Source: Octopus vulgaris
Lineage: Eukaryota
NCBI GenBank assembly: GCA_951406725.2
Contig: OX597823.1
Coordinates: 29,574,001-29,638,000, forward strand
Length of the DNA: 64,000 nt
Direction of reading: 5' to 3'
Shown in pieces: positions 14,846 through 28,890 of the stretch (within the stretch, counting starts at the first letter, position 1; every line of letters begins with the position of its first letter). Both the position numbers and the translations under genes were made by a program. Under the pieces are notes generated by a model that made no database searches, had not been told where the DNA came from, and saw nothing but the letters and a program-made list of their open reading frames with translations.

Positions 14846-16221
14846 AATGGTGGCGAAAATGGTTGGCCGGTGTTGGTCACTTTCATCATTGTGACAGCAG
14901 TGACGTTGCCGGTGGTGGTGGTGGTGGTGTTAGTTCTGGGGAAGAAAGGGGTTGCAAAGTGAACGAACAAAAGGAACAAACGAATGAAGAAATGGAAGGA
15001 TGAAGGTATGAAGGAATGACAGGGGAAAAATAAATAAATAAATAATAAACCAGGAATGAGAGAAGAGATAAGAAATGACAAAAGAATCGGGGAGTCACAC
15101 CAGTGGTGACAGGAAAGAAGAGACAAGTGTAGTGGGAGGAGGAGGAGGAGGAGGAAGTGCAAAGAATGTATGAGGAGAAAGGGGGGAGGGGAATAAAACA
15201 ATGGAAGTGTAGATGTTTTATTAGTAAGAGAGAGAGAGGGGGGGATAGATGATAGATTAGCAGTGAAGGAAGAGTTAGTGTGAGTAAAAAAAAGAGGGGT
15301 GGGGGATGTAAATGCCAGAGACTGAGAAATAAGGGGATTGGGACAACATCCACATACAATAATATATGTGCATATGTATGTGTGTGTTCATACACACATA
15401 GCTTTATATATCATATATAATATACACAAGTATACACACACACACACGCATGTATGTATGTATGTATGTATGTATATGGGGGTGAAATCCCAGAGGGAGC
15501 CGCTTCTCATGGAAATTCGAGAATAATGTTATCAGCCGGAGGAGGCTCTGAATATTTTTAATGTTATCAGCTAGTTTATTGTAATTGAAATGACTTCATC
15601 CCAAAGTGGTGATTACAATAAACGATTTTCCAGTACACACATTGAGATCTTAATTAGTTTTAGACATTGGGCTCCGGCCATACTAGAACACCGATTTCAA
15701 GGGTTTGTACTCGGTTTTTATTGATCCCAGTTCTATGGTCTGGACCTTATATTATTGATCTCTATACGGGTGAATAATATAAATCCCCTTGAGTTATTAT
15801 TTGACGCACCAATATATTGCTATTCCCCTAATCGATAACCGCCCCCTCCCCCGCATGCGAAATGGAAACGAACGGTATTGATTGTGCTAGGATGGGGGCA
15901 GATAAAAAGAATGTGTGGAAAATTAAAATTTTCGGGGGGAAAAAAAAAAAGAAAATTCGATCTGAATTGAAATTCTTCATTGTTTGAAAGACAGGAGTAT
16001 TAAAAAGGAATCAAGATTCCATTTTGTTGCTCCCCCACCCCACCGACACACGTTTTATATCAAGTTATATATCTGCACAAACAATTTAGCATTGAACTGA
16101 AGGATCACTCGATATATATATTTTTTTTTTTTTCGTAGAGTACGTATTTATTAAACATTAGCACGGAACAAGCTGACAGTAGCTTCTAAGTTTTGGCTTG
16201 TTCGCCTTCGTCAAATATACA

Positions 16222-16624
16222 TCTTTATATATAAATGTGAAGTTGTGTGAGTGTCTGTCTCCTACGATTTAGATTCCTAACTACTCCCACATTTTGCGGT
16301 GCAGTTTAACCAAAACCGGGTATCTTATAGTCGTGATTCATATCGAGCCCTTCTGGGTATTAGCGCGCGTCTACGATGAGTCTAGGATTAAAAAAAAAAA
16401 TTACCATAATTTTTTTCCATTTTAATGCATTTTTTTCGCTATTATATAAGGGAAGTAACTCTCTAAAAATGTCTACGATGAGTCAACGATTTTTAAAAAA
16501 CTTTACCATCATTTTTTTCCCATTTTTAATGCATTTTTTTGCTATTTTTGGGCTATAACTCTCTAAAAATGCTTATATAGTTATTTCCCTTACAAACCCG
16601 AGCAACGCCGGGCGATACTGCTAG
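16222..16624 (+). mobile_element. Non-autonomous Helitron
   Basis: Begins A|TC(TTTATATATAAA) and ends CTAG|T. GC hairpin CCCGAGCAACGCCGGG at 16597-16612 lies just before the 3' end. No TSD. Internal duplicated block. Confidence 0.85.
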
Positions 16625-16923
16625 TATATATATAAATACATACGTGTGTGTAAATACATGTATGTATGTACGTAGAAACACTGATGGTCTTTCGTAGTTT
16701 CTCAAACGAATTCCACTCTCAAAAGCTTCCAAGACAAACTCAATGCCTCGGTTACAGACTTGTCCAAGTTTCCGTGTAGTGAGTTGGAACTCCGGATCAA
16801 TATGGTTGAAACGCAAACTTCTTCTTTCCACGTCTATGCTTCAGAGAGAGGTGGAGGATAGGGTGAAGTTCACAAAAACATATATAAAAATGAAACATCA
16901 GTCAACTAGAATAGAGGAGAATA

Positions 16924-16962
<39 letters not shown>

Positions 16963-17043
16963 GTGTCTAAGATGATGGCTTAGATAGCCGACTTCGAAGT
17001 CAGAGTCAATAAGATTCTTGTTTAAGAATGTGCACACACACGC

Positions 17044-17078
<35 letters not shown>

Positions 17079-18005
17079 TATAATTTTTTTGCTAGTTTAT
17101 TTTGTCTCTTTGTCTTCTCTCCTGGTGCTGTATGAACATTTGATGTGGTTTTAGAGTCAAGTTTTGACTGCTATTTCCAGTCTGGTGGTATCTCTTAAGA
17201 TACCCTAAAATTATAATTTTAAATAATTATTACCTTTGAAGGTTTCTATTCCCATGCTGGTCCAGCTGATAAGATCGGTATTTGAATATCGATCTCATCC
17301 TCATTCATACAGGCGTGAACACAATTCAATTGAGCCCCATCAGGACGACCTGGGGATGCATAGGCACACGAACAAACATATGTAATACATACACACATAC
17401 ATACGTTACAAAAAAAGTGCTTTGTCATACATTGTTAGTAACCGGCTTGAAAAAAAGCGAAAAAAAACAAACAAACATATCTGAAAATAAAACAAATACC
17501 AGCAGAAATATATGTAAATATGTATGTATGTTACGTATGTATGTTATGTATGTTATGTACGTATGTGTATGCATGAATACATCCACGCATGCATAGAAAA
17601 AAAAAACTACTACTCTGATGTCTAAATTCCTGTGTAAAGTCTTGTTTCTAGGCTAGAAGCCGGCTCTCTTTCTATTGGTGAGAAATTCGATAAAAAATAA
17701 AAGCTAGAACGTACACAAGATGCATGCATACATAATATAACACACATTGAATGCTGATTATGCGCACGCAGTTTTTTTCTCGACAACATACGCAAAACAC
17801 ACATAGTTGTACATTAACACACGTAAGTTTTCTCTCTCTCTCTCTCTTTCTTTCTCTCTCGCTTTCACACACACACACACACAAACTCTGTGTGCGCACG
17901 CGCGCGCGCGCGTGTGTGTGTGTGTGTGTGTAAAGTGAATGAAACAAGCATTTCTAAACAAGCCGGCAAGAACTAGGCAAAACTCGACGAATTGTTTCTC
18001 TGTTC

Positions 18006-18037
<32 letters not shown>

Positions 18038-18176
18038 AACAGACGGACAGAGGGAGGAGCGGGAGGAATAAAGAAAGGCAGAGAAAGAGATAAACCGGTG
18101 GGTAGAGGAGGAGGAGGAGGAGAAGAAGAAGATGAAGAAAGAAGAAGGAAGAAAGAAAAAGAATTTCACAAATTCC

Positions 18177-18231
<55 letters not shown>

Positions 18232-19106
18232 CATTATTCGCCAGGCAAAACTGCTCGACGGCATTTCGTCCGTCTTTACGCCCAGATTTCTAATTCCGCT
18301 GGGATCGACTTGGCTTTTTTTTCACATTTTCGAGGTCGATAAAATAAGTAAGTACCAGCTGGAAACAGGGGGGGTGTCGATGCAATCGATTTGCAACCTT
18401 CCTCGATAAACTGCTGGTCCTGTGCCAAAATTAGTTAATAATTCTATTATCATCGTCGTGGTGGCGGTGGTGGTGGTGGTGGTCGTCATTATTATTGAAT
18501 ATTAATGTATAAAAAAACAATTAGCATTGATATGTAAAAATATAAAACTTCATCGTTACATTATTCAAATAATTTATGCTTTAATGTAGGAAGGTGGAAC
18601 TCCGTTCTTTGTTACTTCAATGTATGGATTTTCATGTAGCTTGACTATAAACCCCCTCCTCTGTGTGTGCGTGTGTATGTGTGTGTTCAATTACACGAAA
18701 TGTGATTGTATAAAGTTTTTTTAAAAAAACCTATATTCCTACATATCATTATCATAATGAGATAGGCCCGCGCGCGCACACACACACAATCTTTTACTTG
18801 TTTCAGTCATGGGACTGCGGTCATGTTGGAGCATAGCCCTCACATAAACCCACCATATATATATATATATATATATTGTATGTATGCGTATATATATATA
18901 TATATATTGTATGTATGCGTATATATATATATATTATTGTATGTGTGTGTATGCACGTACGTATATGTATATATATATATTTGTGTGTGTGTTTATGTAT
19001 ATTTATATATATATATATTAATGCATATACATATATATATATACATACATACACACACATCACATATACAAAGACGTACACAAACTCATACACACACGTC
19101 TATATA

Positions 19107-19157
<51 letters not shown>

Positions 19158-19932
19158 AGAATATATGTATGTGTGTGGGTGCGTATTTATGTGTATACAT
19201 ATATACACATATGACATACATATACATATATACACGCATGCATATTTTGCCGAACGTTCACACAGGCCCAAGTTCACACACCTCAAGCACCCACACATAT
19301 ATATACATACAATAAACACATCAACACACAAGCACCCACACGTTCACACCCACAAACATATACACACACACACACACACATACCATAAAGCTAATACATA
19401 CGTATTAGCGTTTACACATACCAACATATAAGCCAATACATAATACATATACACAAAATTATGCAAGCCCACACATACATCCATATAAGCCCATAGACAC
19501 ACACAAGCTTACATGTATGTGTGAACGTGTGTGTGTATGCATCGACATTAATATGGACATGTGTAAATATGTGTGCGTGTGTGTGAGTGCGGAGACTTAA
19601 TGCGTGTATGAGAACATATTAGCTTGTATGAATACGTGCGTATGTATATACGCATGTGTATGTATAGGTGAATGGATGGATGGATTTATATGTGTGTGAG
19701 TGTGTGTGTATATAAACTTTATCGAAGTTTATATATACATACATATTCATACAAGCTAATGTATTCAGAAACACACATACACACATATTCATATTAACAT
19801 TTTATGCCTATATGCATATATACATGTTACACACTAATATGTTATCCACATACATAATTATACATATGTTCATATAAGTTTGTACACGCATACACATTTT
19901 AGTGTACATGTACGCAGATTGCGAACATTTTC

Positions 19933-19970
<38 letters not shown>

Positions 19971-20034
19971 AAGCATACATACACTTATTTAATTATTACT
20001 ATGCGTATGCATACATCAATATACACATATTAAT

Positions 20035-20065
<31 letters not shown>

Positions 20066-20231
20066 TATATATATATACGTACGGATACAAGCACACACAC
20101 ATACATTTATATATGTATACATACAGGCATATATATATATATATATGCATGTATATATTGTGTGAAAAAGGGACATAGATAATAGAGAGAGGTATACATA
20201 TAAACATATTTGCGCATGTATATATACACAC

Positions 20232-20263
<32 letters not shown>

Positions 20264-20267
20264 AGGC

Positions 20268-20335
<68 letters not shown>

Positions 20336-20626
20336 GCATCCACACCCATACGCGTACATACTCAGATATATGATACGGATAGCGAGAAAGTTAAGTTAGA
20401 TATGTAAAATCTGTTTGGTTTAAATTTGTTAATTAGCATCATTCATTAAACACAAGTCACACACACACACACACACACACACATCCATAGACACACTGAC
20501 TCATGCACAGCAACAGTCTCAGACGGATATTCAGTAGGGTATCCAAAAAACAAGTAAAATTACTCCGAGTTTAGGGTCACTGGACTTCGGACGATCACAC
20601 ACACACATATCTATCTATCTATTTAG

Positions 20627-20696
<70 letters not shown>

Positions 20697-20710
20697 GTCT
20701 ATCTATCTAT

Positions 20711-20747
<37 letters not shown>

Positions 20748-21865
20748 CGTATTTCTACATGTGCAAACAAATAATGAACAAAAAACATATTACAGATGAT
20801 GTGTGTGTGTGTGTGTGAATATATGTGCATGTGTTTGTGAGGTGATGTGCATATGAGTGCGAGCATGTGTGTCTATGCATCTGAATGCGTACGGAAAAGT
20901 GGTTAAATGACAGAAAATGTTGGATCTGACCCATACAAGCTTGAAAAGAGGGCATTAAATGATCTCTCTCCTTCTTATTCTCTCTCTTACACACACACTA
21001 ACACACGCACACACACACACCAACGCACACACATTCACATACGCACACGCAAACACAGCTGTGTGCGCGCATGCGTGTAACTTCTCTGTGGAGTTAGTCC
21101 CGCGATGGTCTTTTTGGTAGGATAACATGAGAATTGAAACCGGCCGGTTTCACAGTTTTCACACACTCACACACACATACACATAAAATAAGCAGAGAGA
21201 GAGGGGAGAAGACGGAAAAGACAGTACAAAACTAATAATTATCGATTTGCAAAAAATCATAACAAAATACATAAAACAGATATGAGAAGAAAGAAAAAGG
21301 TTGAACTTATTTGTCCATTTTTTGAATTGCTTTGTTCATGTTTTACAATTGTTATTGGATTTCTCGTGTCTAAATACCTCATCAGCATACACACATACAC
21401 ACACAAGCATACACGTACACACGCTCACATACATACATAAGCACATACATACAGACACGCTCACATACATACATACATAAACACACTAAACATCGTGCGG
21501 GGTAGATTGAATAAATTATGATAATACATAGTAATAACATCGTGTAACATCCTTCCTCCTTTCTCACAGAGCGACACACACACACACACATACACACACA
21601 TATATATATATGTGTGTGTGTAAGCTTAAACGCATATATATATGTGCCAGTGCATATGTGTGCGTATGTATGTATTGTATTATATGTGTGTGCATGAATA
21701 TATATATAACAAGCACATACACACGTACATTATGTATCAATATATATAACTATACATTCGCTTTCCCTGTGTACATACATACAACCGTTAGAGTATGCAC
21801 CGTTATTGTGTGTAGTAAAGTCTATAATCGTAGCCATTTCACAACTAGCGAAGAAACACACACAT

Positions 21866-21962
<97 letters not shown>

Positions 21963-22561
21963 CACGCACACCTCGTATGCTTTAACTACAACACTTTCTT
22001 CTTACAAGTTTGTATTGAGCTCGCTTACGTTTCTATATACTACGACACAATATATACGGTCTCCTTCTTTCTCCCTTTCTCTCTCTCTCTCTCTCTCTAG
22101 CTATCTACGCACATACATACATACACAAACATACATGTACGCACACACACACACTGAGTGTGTACGTATATATATATATATATATATATATAGTTCGTGA
22201 CCCCATCCATCCACACTCTGTTACTGACACTCGGCAAAGATTTTGTTTGTTATTGACGTTGTTCTTTTTCCTGCTTCCAAATGCAATAATAGTGTTTCCA
22301 TTCAAAAAAATAAAAAACAAAAATAACAAAAACCAAAACATCATCATCATCATCGTCATCACTATCAACATCAGCGTCACCATCATCATCATCATCATAT
22401 CTGATGCATTCAGATGTTTCGTTGAATATTCAAATAATTAGTCTGTTTGTTTGTTGGGTTTTTTTAATGCTAAATTAACAGCAAATTACATTTCATATAA
22501 AATTTCATTGTGCATTTTCATAGAATATGGAAGTTTTAATTAAAAATTATTTATTTATTGC

Positions 22562-22619
<58 letters not shown>

Positions 22620-22815
22620 GTATGCCTGTACATTAGCATAAATGCGTTTGTGCGTATTCGCAACAATGAATGAATAGTGTTCGTTACCTGCATGTTTGTA
22701 TGTGTGTATGTAATGTATGTGCGCGCACACACACACACATACACATATATATATACATATATATATACAGAGAAAGATGCACACCACACACACATACATA
22801 AACATTTGAATGTAG

Positions 22816-22857
<42 letters not shown>

Positions 22858-23010
22858 GTGTGTTAGTGCGTGCGTATGTATGTTTTGCGTATGTGCACAT
22901 GCATACAAAACTTAAATTTCTGCATTTCATGTTCCTCTGTTTTTTGGATTTTTTTTTTGCACTTTGATGCAATTTTAGGGTAACCATTCTGTTTCAAAAT
23001 AATTCATCTT

Positions 23011-23054
<44 letters not shown>

Positions 23055-23218
23055 CTTTTGTCAAGATTTCCCCATCTATCAACCTCCCCTCTGCATCGTT
23101 CCACCCTTGTAACAAGGAAGAAGCAACAACAACAAGAACAACCAAAAGCAATTATAAAATAAAAGAAACGGTGATCATTAATTAATAAATAATAGTAATT
23201 TTTTTAGTTTGCACTTAC

Positions 23219-23447
23219 CGGTCTTTGAAAAGTAGAGTCATTTTTTCTGTAGAAATTCTGAATTTCCTCGACAAATTCCATTTAAGTCCTGCTACGGTTT
23301 CCTTTTCTGGTACATTTACCTCAATTTGACCTCCTGTAGCTGGACAAATATTTAATTTCATATATCCATTGCGTTTACCATTAATGCCATTTCGGTTGCT
23401 CTGGACGCCACCATTATTATTATTATTACTACTATTATTACGATTAC

Positions 23448-23481
<34 letters not shown>

Positions 23482-23718
23482 GTTGTTATTAATATCTTCA
23501 CTGTTGTTATTACAACTATTATCGTTGTTGTTGCTGTTGTTGTTGTTGTTGTTGTTGTTACTACTACTGCTACTACTACTACTATTTGGGCTCAGGGCCG
23601 TCGTGGAAGAAGTAGTAGTAGTTGTAGTAGTAGTATTATTATTTGCATTATTATTATTATTATTATTATTATTTGTAATATTGGTTGTACCGGGCGATGC
23701 AGCGCCGCTACTTTTCAT
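23219..23718 (-). CDS. MIDN: First coding exon of a midnolin/Stuxnet-like ubiquitin-like-domain protein (partial gene)
   Basis: ATG at 23718 in context gcaaccATG. A low-complexity N/T/S tract is followed by MKLNICPATGGQIEVNVPEKETVAGLKWNLSRKFRISTEKMTLLFKDR, matching the pattern of the midnolin UBL N-half as I recall it (TG..l.VP..ETVeGL+..LS.+l+v..E+l.LL.KD). The frame ends at a canonical donor CG|GTAAGT (GT at 23218-23217), so the ORF-track stop is intronic. Downstream exons not found in window. Confidence 0.75.
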
Positions 23719-24294
23719 GGTTGCTGTGAAATTTCCTCTGCTTGGAACCGACTCAGCGGCAAAACTAGAATCGTTGGTAGCCAGCTTGGCTTCCTTTTTT
23801 TTGTGTGTTTTTTTCTTTCTTCTGTTTATTATTATTATTGTTATTACTTGTAGTTGTGTTTAGTTGTTCTTCGTTTTGTGGCTTTCTTATTCCTCCTCCT
23901 ACTACTACCACTCCTCGTCTTACTACTACTCCTCTAATATCTGTCTCTTTCTCTCTCTCTCTCTCTCTCTGTCCGTGGTTTTTTTTTTTCCTCTCACATT
24001 TCCTCTTTCTCGCTTCTCCTCTTCTGTCGTCGTCGTCTCCTTATTCTTTCTTCTACTTCTGCTGCTGCTGCTGCTACTACTACTATTGCTGCTGCTGCTG
24101 ATTATTATTATCACACTTAACCCCTCCTCCTTCCTTCTACCTCCTTCCTCCACTTCTTGCTTCTCTCTCCCTACTTCTACTACACTTTCCTCCTACTTCC
24201 TCTATCTCTACATATTCGTCCGTCTTATTTCTTCTCTCTTTTGTCTCTTCTTCGCCTTTTCTTCAACTGCAAACACTTCTTGTTTTCATTGTTC

Positions 24295-24860
24295 TTAGTG
24301 CCCTCATTGCTGTCTTAAGGCACGAACACTCTGGACAAACTGTCCAAGGGAAATTCATGGGTCCGGGGCTTAATTTGGATCTACGGCTTGCTGTCGATAA
24401 CTGTTACATTAGGGCCCAATTCATTGATTTACCCGGTTACTATATAATTCTGTAAAGACGGCCCTAAGTGTCTGTCCTCTTAAGATTTGGTGGACACTTT
24501 GGGCAGTGTTCCCCAGGGAGTCCCTACGTGTCTAAGGATCAAAAAACTTTGATATGCTTTTAACAAATAAGTACTGAAAATTACTCTAACGCAATTACTC
24601 TTTTACTCGGAGGCCTGACCGTGGTGGCTTTTGAAAACTGACGTGGATGTTGTAACGTTTTGTTTAGTCATGTTGTACTTCATATAAAAATAAAGCAATC
24701 GTTGTTATTATGATCCAAAATGATCCAAATAAATAAGTTCCTGACTTAATGTCACTGCTGCTCTCTTAACTCTTCCACCCCCTTTTTTTTGTTTTTATTT
24801 TAAAGAAAACGTTCCCTCTGTCAAAAATTTCATGGGAACCGTCTTTCGCTTTTCACTTCT
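24295..24860 (-). promoter_or_regulatory. Candidate promoter / 5' regulatory island of the midnolin-like gene
   Basis: Repeat-free island 0.6-1.1 kb upstream of the ATG, with TCCCCAGGGA (EBF/COE-type) at 24510-24519, repeated TCY-NN-RGR palindromes and TGACGT at 24639. TSS not determined. Confidence 0.45.
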
Positions 24861-24901
24861 CCAGGGGCCGATTAATAACTCCACCACCGATGTATATATA
24901 C

Positions 24902-24955
<54 letters not shown>

Positions 24956-26152
24956 GTATATTTATTGAGGAGGATGGATGGATGTTTTTATGGATATATG
25001 TGCGTACAGGAAGTTAATTCCGACGACTATACGCCCGTTTCCCCCTTTACAATACAATTATCGTGTTATTCCGATGTAAAAAAAAAGATGGACATGATTT
25101 TTGCATTCTCATCATTTATAAACGTACCGCACACACACACACAAACATACACACACACACACACACACACGCACGCACGCATGCATGCATACACGCACAA
25201 ACATGTATGTATATTATATACATAATACCTTGTATATATATATTCGTTTTGTTCATACTCGTGTAATGTAACGTTTTCGTGTATTTTTGCCTTTTGCCCT
25301 CCTGGCAAAAATGCACAACCGTTGATGGCAATCATTGATATTTCTGTCGTATAAATAACTTTTATGCTGTCGTTATATATTCATAAATCGTGAATTATCC
25401 TTGTTTAACACAGACACACACACACACGTCTGTTTGTACATGCTCACACATACACGTCTGTTTGTAATACATACACACGCATAAAATACTACACACACAC
25501 AATATGTTTGTGTGTGTGTGTGTGTGTGTGTGCTTGGCCATTATGATGTACAAATTAAAAGAAAAAATACATTCTTTATTTATGGGTCGATGGAGTGGCA
25601 AAAACTGTAAGAGGTGTCGGGAAAGATATTGTGTGCGATGTTTCTTCTGACTCTGCGATGCATTATGATAAAGAGTTCAAATCCCACCGGCTTGTTTTGC
25701 CTTTCATCCCTCCGTGGCCGATAAAATGAATCGATATTATTGGAGGTTCTTTTGGGGTTTTTTCAGTAAGTTTTCCTTGTTATATTAAGTTATGTTTTTA
25801 GCGGCTTGCTTGCTGTGTGACTGTGTATAATACGATTGTCTGTAAATATGCGTGTGTGGAAATGTGTAGGACTACCTGTATATGTAATTACGTTTGCGTG
25901 TTTATGTGTGTTTCAGTGTGTATATATAGTTGTGTGTATATGTGTATGTGAAGGAGAGACGGACAGAGACAGTGTGTTCTTATGTTTATAGCAGCGATTG
26001 AGTGAGAGAGCAAGACAGAGAGAGTCGGATATGGCTCTGACTACATGTGTGACTGTAAGAGACACAGACAAACAGACGGTGCTTATGTGTGTATATGTTT
26101 GCATCTATATGTATATATGTGCTATAAAGCCACACATATATACATGATACTA

Positions 26153-26385
26153 AAGGCGGCGAGCTGGCAGAATCGTTAGCGCGCCGGGCAAAATGCTTAC
26201 TGGTATTTCGTCTGTCGTTACGTTCTGAGTTCAAATTCCGCCGAGGTCGACTTTGCCTTTCATCCTTTCGGGGTCGATAAATAAAGTACCAGTTTCGTAC
26301 TGGGGTCGATGTACTCGACTTAATCCCTTCGTCTGTCCTTGTTTGTCTCCTCTATGTTTAGCCCCTTGTGGGCAGTAAAGAAATA
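26153..26385 (+). mobile_element. SINE family B monomer (tRNA-like head GGCGGCGAGCTGGCAGAA, B-box GAGTTCAAATTCC, Meta-domain-like GCCTTTCATCCTTTCGGGGTCGATAAA..AGTACCAG)
   Basis: More than 20 related copies or units in the window (also 2890-3085, 9105-9230, 18240-18435, 41588-41800, 49798-50010, 52790-52992). Confidence 0.85.
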
Positions 26386-27452
26386 TATATACAGTAAGAG
26401 AGAGAGAGAGAGACTGTCGTATTTATGTATATATGATAGAGAGATGTGTGTGTGTATGTGTAGTGTATATGTGTGCAGAGCCATCTTAAGAGCATCAGGC
26501 AATCCACTGAACTGGGCCCTATTAGCATGCATTTATTAACAGCATCCCACTGCATAGTGGATCAGATTTGGGCTCCTAGACCTGTGATAACCCCGGGAAA
26601 ACTGCCCAGTGTACCCATCTTAAGACGACACAGTGTACGTGTGGCTTTTATATACGTGTGTAACTCTAAGAGAAAGAGAGAGGAAAATAGTGTAATTCTG
26701 GTTGGCGATTGTGTAAGTGTATGTGTGTGTGTGTTAGCACTATTATAACGAGTGAAGAAATTACAACACAAGGTTTGTATAGTAGTAACTTCACTGTGAG
26801 TTATAATACGGTTTAATAGTACTCTAACTAAATACTACATGATACTAACTTTCCGTATTGGTAATGGTGGTGGTAGTGACGGTGGACAATGTTGTTTACC
26901 TTACACAATCTCATATCGAGCAGAGAGACTATCCTGAAAGGCGAACCCCACCGTGACCATCCCATCTTTTCTTTAGAACACGATGCACCAACAACAAACA
27001 TTATGGCGAAAGTGTAAAGAATGCGTACACACGGCGTTTATGGTTAGAGTTAGAGTTAGGGGTAAGGGTTTTGGGTTAGGGATTTTGTTACGCCGAATAC
27101 GGGTGGTGTACGTATTCTTTACCTCCGCCGGCATTATTATAGAATGTTTGCTTTCTGAAGATTCGAATACTGTTTATGGCAGGTCAAGTAAATGACCACG
27201 TCCAGAGGTGATGATGGCGATGCTGGTGGTGCCGTTGCTGATGATGTTGGCGGTGATGGTGATGCCAATGCTGATAGTGCTGCTGGTGGTCGTGATGCCG
27301 GGCGATTGGTAGTTCTGTTGATGATGTTCATCACTGTGGTCCTTGCGGTGGTGCCGACGGTGATGGTGCCGAGTAATTAGAGGTTTAGCTGATAATGTTA
27401 ATGGTTGCGGTTGTGATGATGATAATGATGATGATGAGCGTTGTTGTTGTTG

Positions 27453-27484
<32 letters not shown>

Positions 27485-27666
27485 GGTGGTGGTGGTTAGG
27501 GAGGCGGGTTATTCTTGGTTCTGCCGGTTGCCAAGCCGGGTAATTAGTGGTTTTGTGATGATGTTAATAATTGTGGTGCTGGTGCTGCTGCTGATGATGA
27601 TGGTGATAATGGCGATGGCGGTCGTAGCGGTGATGGTAAGTACTCAATATCTGCAGGTGTGCAATC

Positions 27667-27755
<89 letters not shown>

Positions 27756-27836
27756 GGCTACTGCTGCTATTGCTGCTGTTATTGCTGCAATAGTGGTTGT
27801 TGTGATACTAGTAGTGGAGGCATTGTTTGTGATAGC

Positions 27837-27880
<44 letters not shown>

Positions 27881-27982
27881 CAGTAGTAGTAGTAGTAGTA
27901 AGTGCTAGCCAACCAATTAACTGTCAAGCCTTTATCCTCCGTCTCAATTCTCTCTACATACATCATACATACAAACATTATA

Positions 27983-28036
<54 letters not shown>

Positions 28037-28305
28037 TATATTTATATGTGTGTATGCTTGTAATTATTTATTTTATTTGCCGCAGGGGCATCCAGTGAGA
28101 GGAACATTAACATTACGAGGATAGTTTACAACGTTCCAGCCGATCCATGTGTGACTGTATCGACGGTTGTCCCTCTCTAGCAGCAGTAGTAGTAGTAGTA
28201 GTAGTAGTGTTTGTGTATGCATATGTGTTCTGGTGTGTGTGTGTGCGCGCGCTCGTTAACAAGCACTTGTTAATGTTCTATGCAGTTTCAAACTACTTCA
28301 GTGTT

Positions 28306-28369
28306 ATTACTACTACTACGACTACTACCACTTCTACAATTACCACCACCACCACCACCACTACTACTG

Positions 28370-28406
<37 letters not shown>

Positions 28407-28500
28407 TACTACTTCTACAATTACCACTACCACCACCACCACTACTACTACTACTACTACCACCACTACTACTACTACTTCTACAATTACCACTACCACC

Positions 28501-28553
<53 letters not shown>

Positions 28554-28593
28554 TACTACTACTACTTCTACAATTACCACTACCACCACCACC

Positions 28594-28646
<53 letters not shown>

Positions 28647-28890
28647 CACTACTATTACTACCAGTTCTACAATTACTACTACCACAACCACTACTACTAC
28701 TACTTCTAGAATTACTACTACCACCACCACTCCACTAATACTACTACTACTACGACTACCACCACCACCACTTCTACAATTATTACTACCACCACTACAA
28801 CTACTATTACTACTACTGCTACTTCTACACTTTACTACTACTACTACTACTACTAGCACTTCTACACTTACTACTACTACCACTACTACT
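28306..28890. repeat. Compound (ACT/ACC)n microsatellite with higher-order ACTTCTACAATT marker
   Basis: Direct inspection. Confidence 0.9.

Noticed and set aside
18821-22987. Many long YI/HT/CV-repeat ORFs here and throughout the window
   Set aside because: Translations of (TA)n, (CA)n and (CATA)n microsatellites that lack stops in several frames.
23369-23863. Plus-strand Leu/Val-rich membrane-like ORF
   Set aside because: Antisense shadow of the poly-Asn/Thr codons of the midnolin-like exon.
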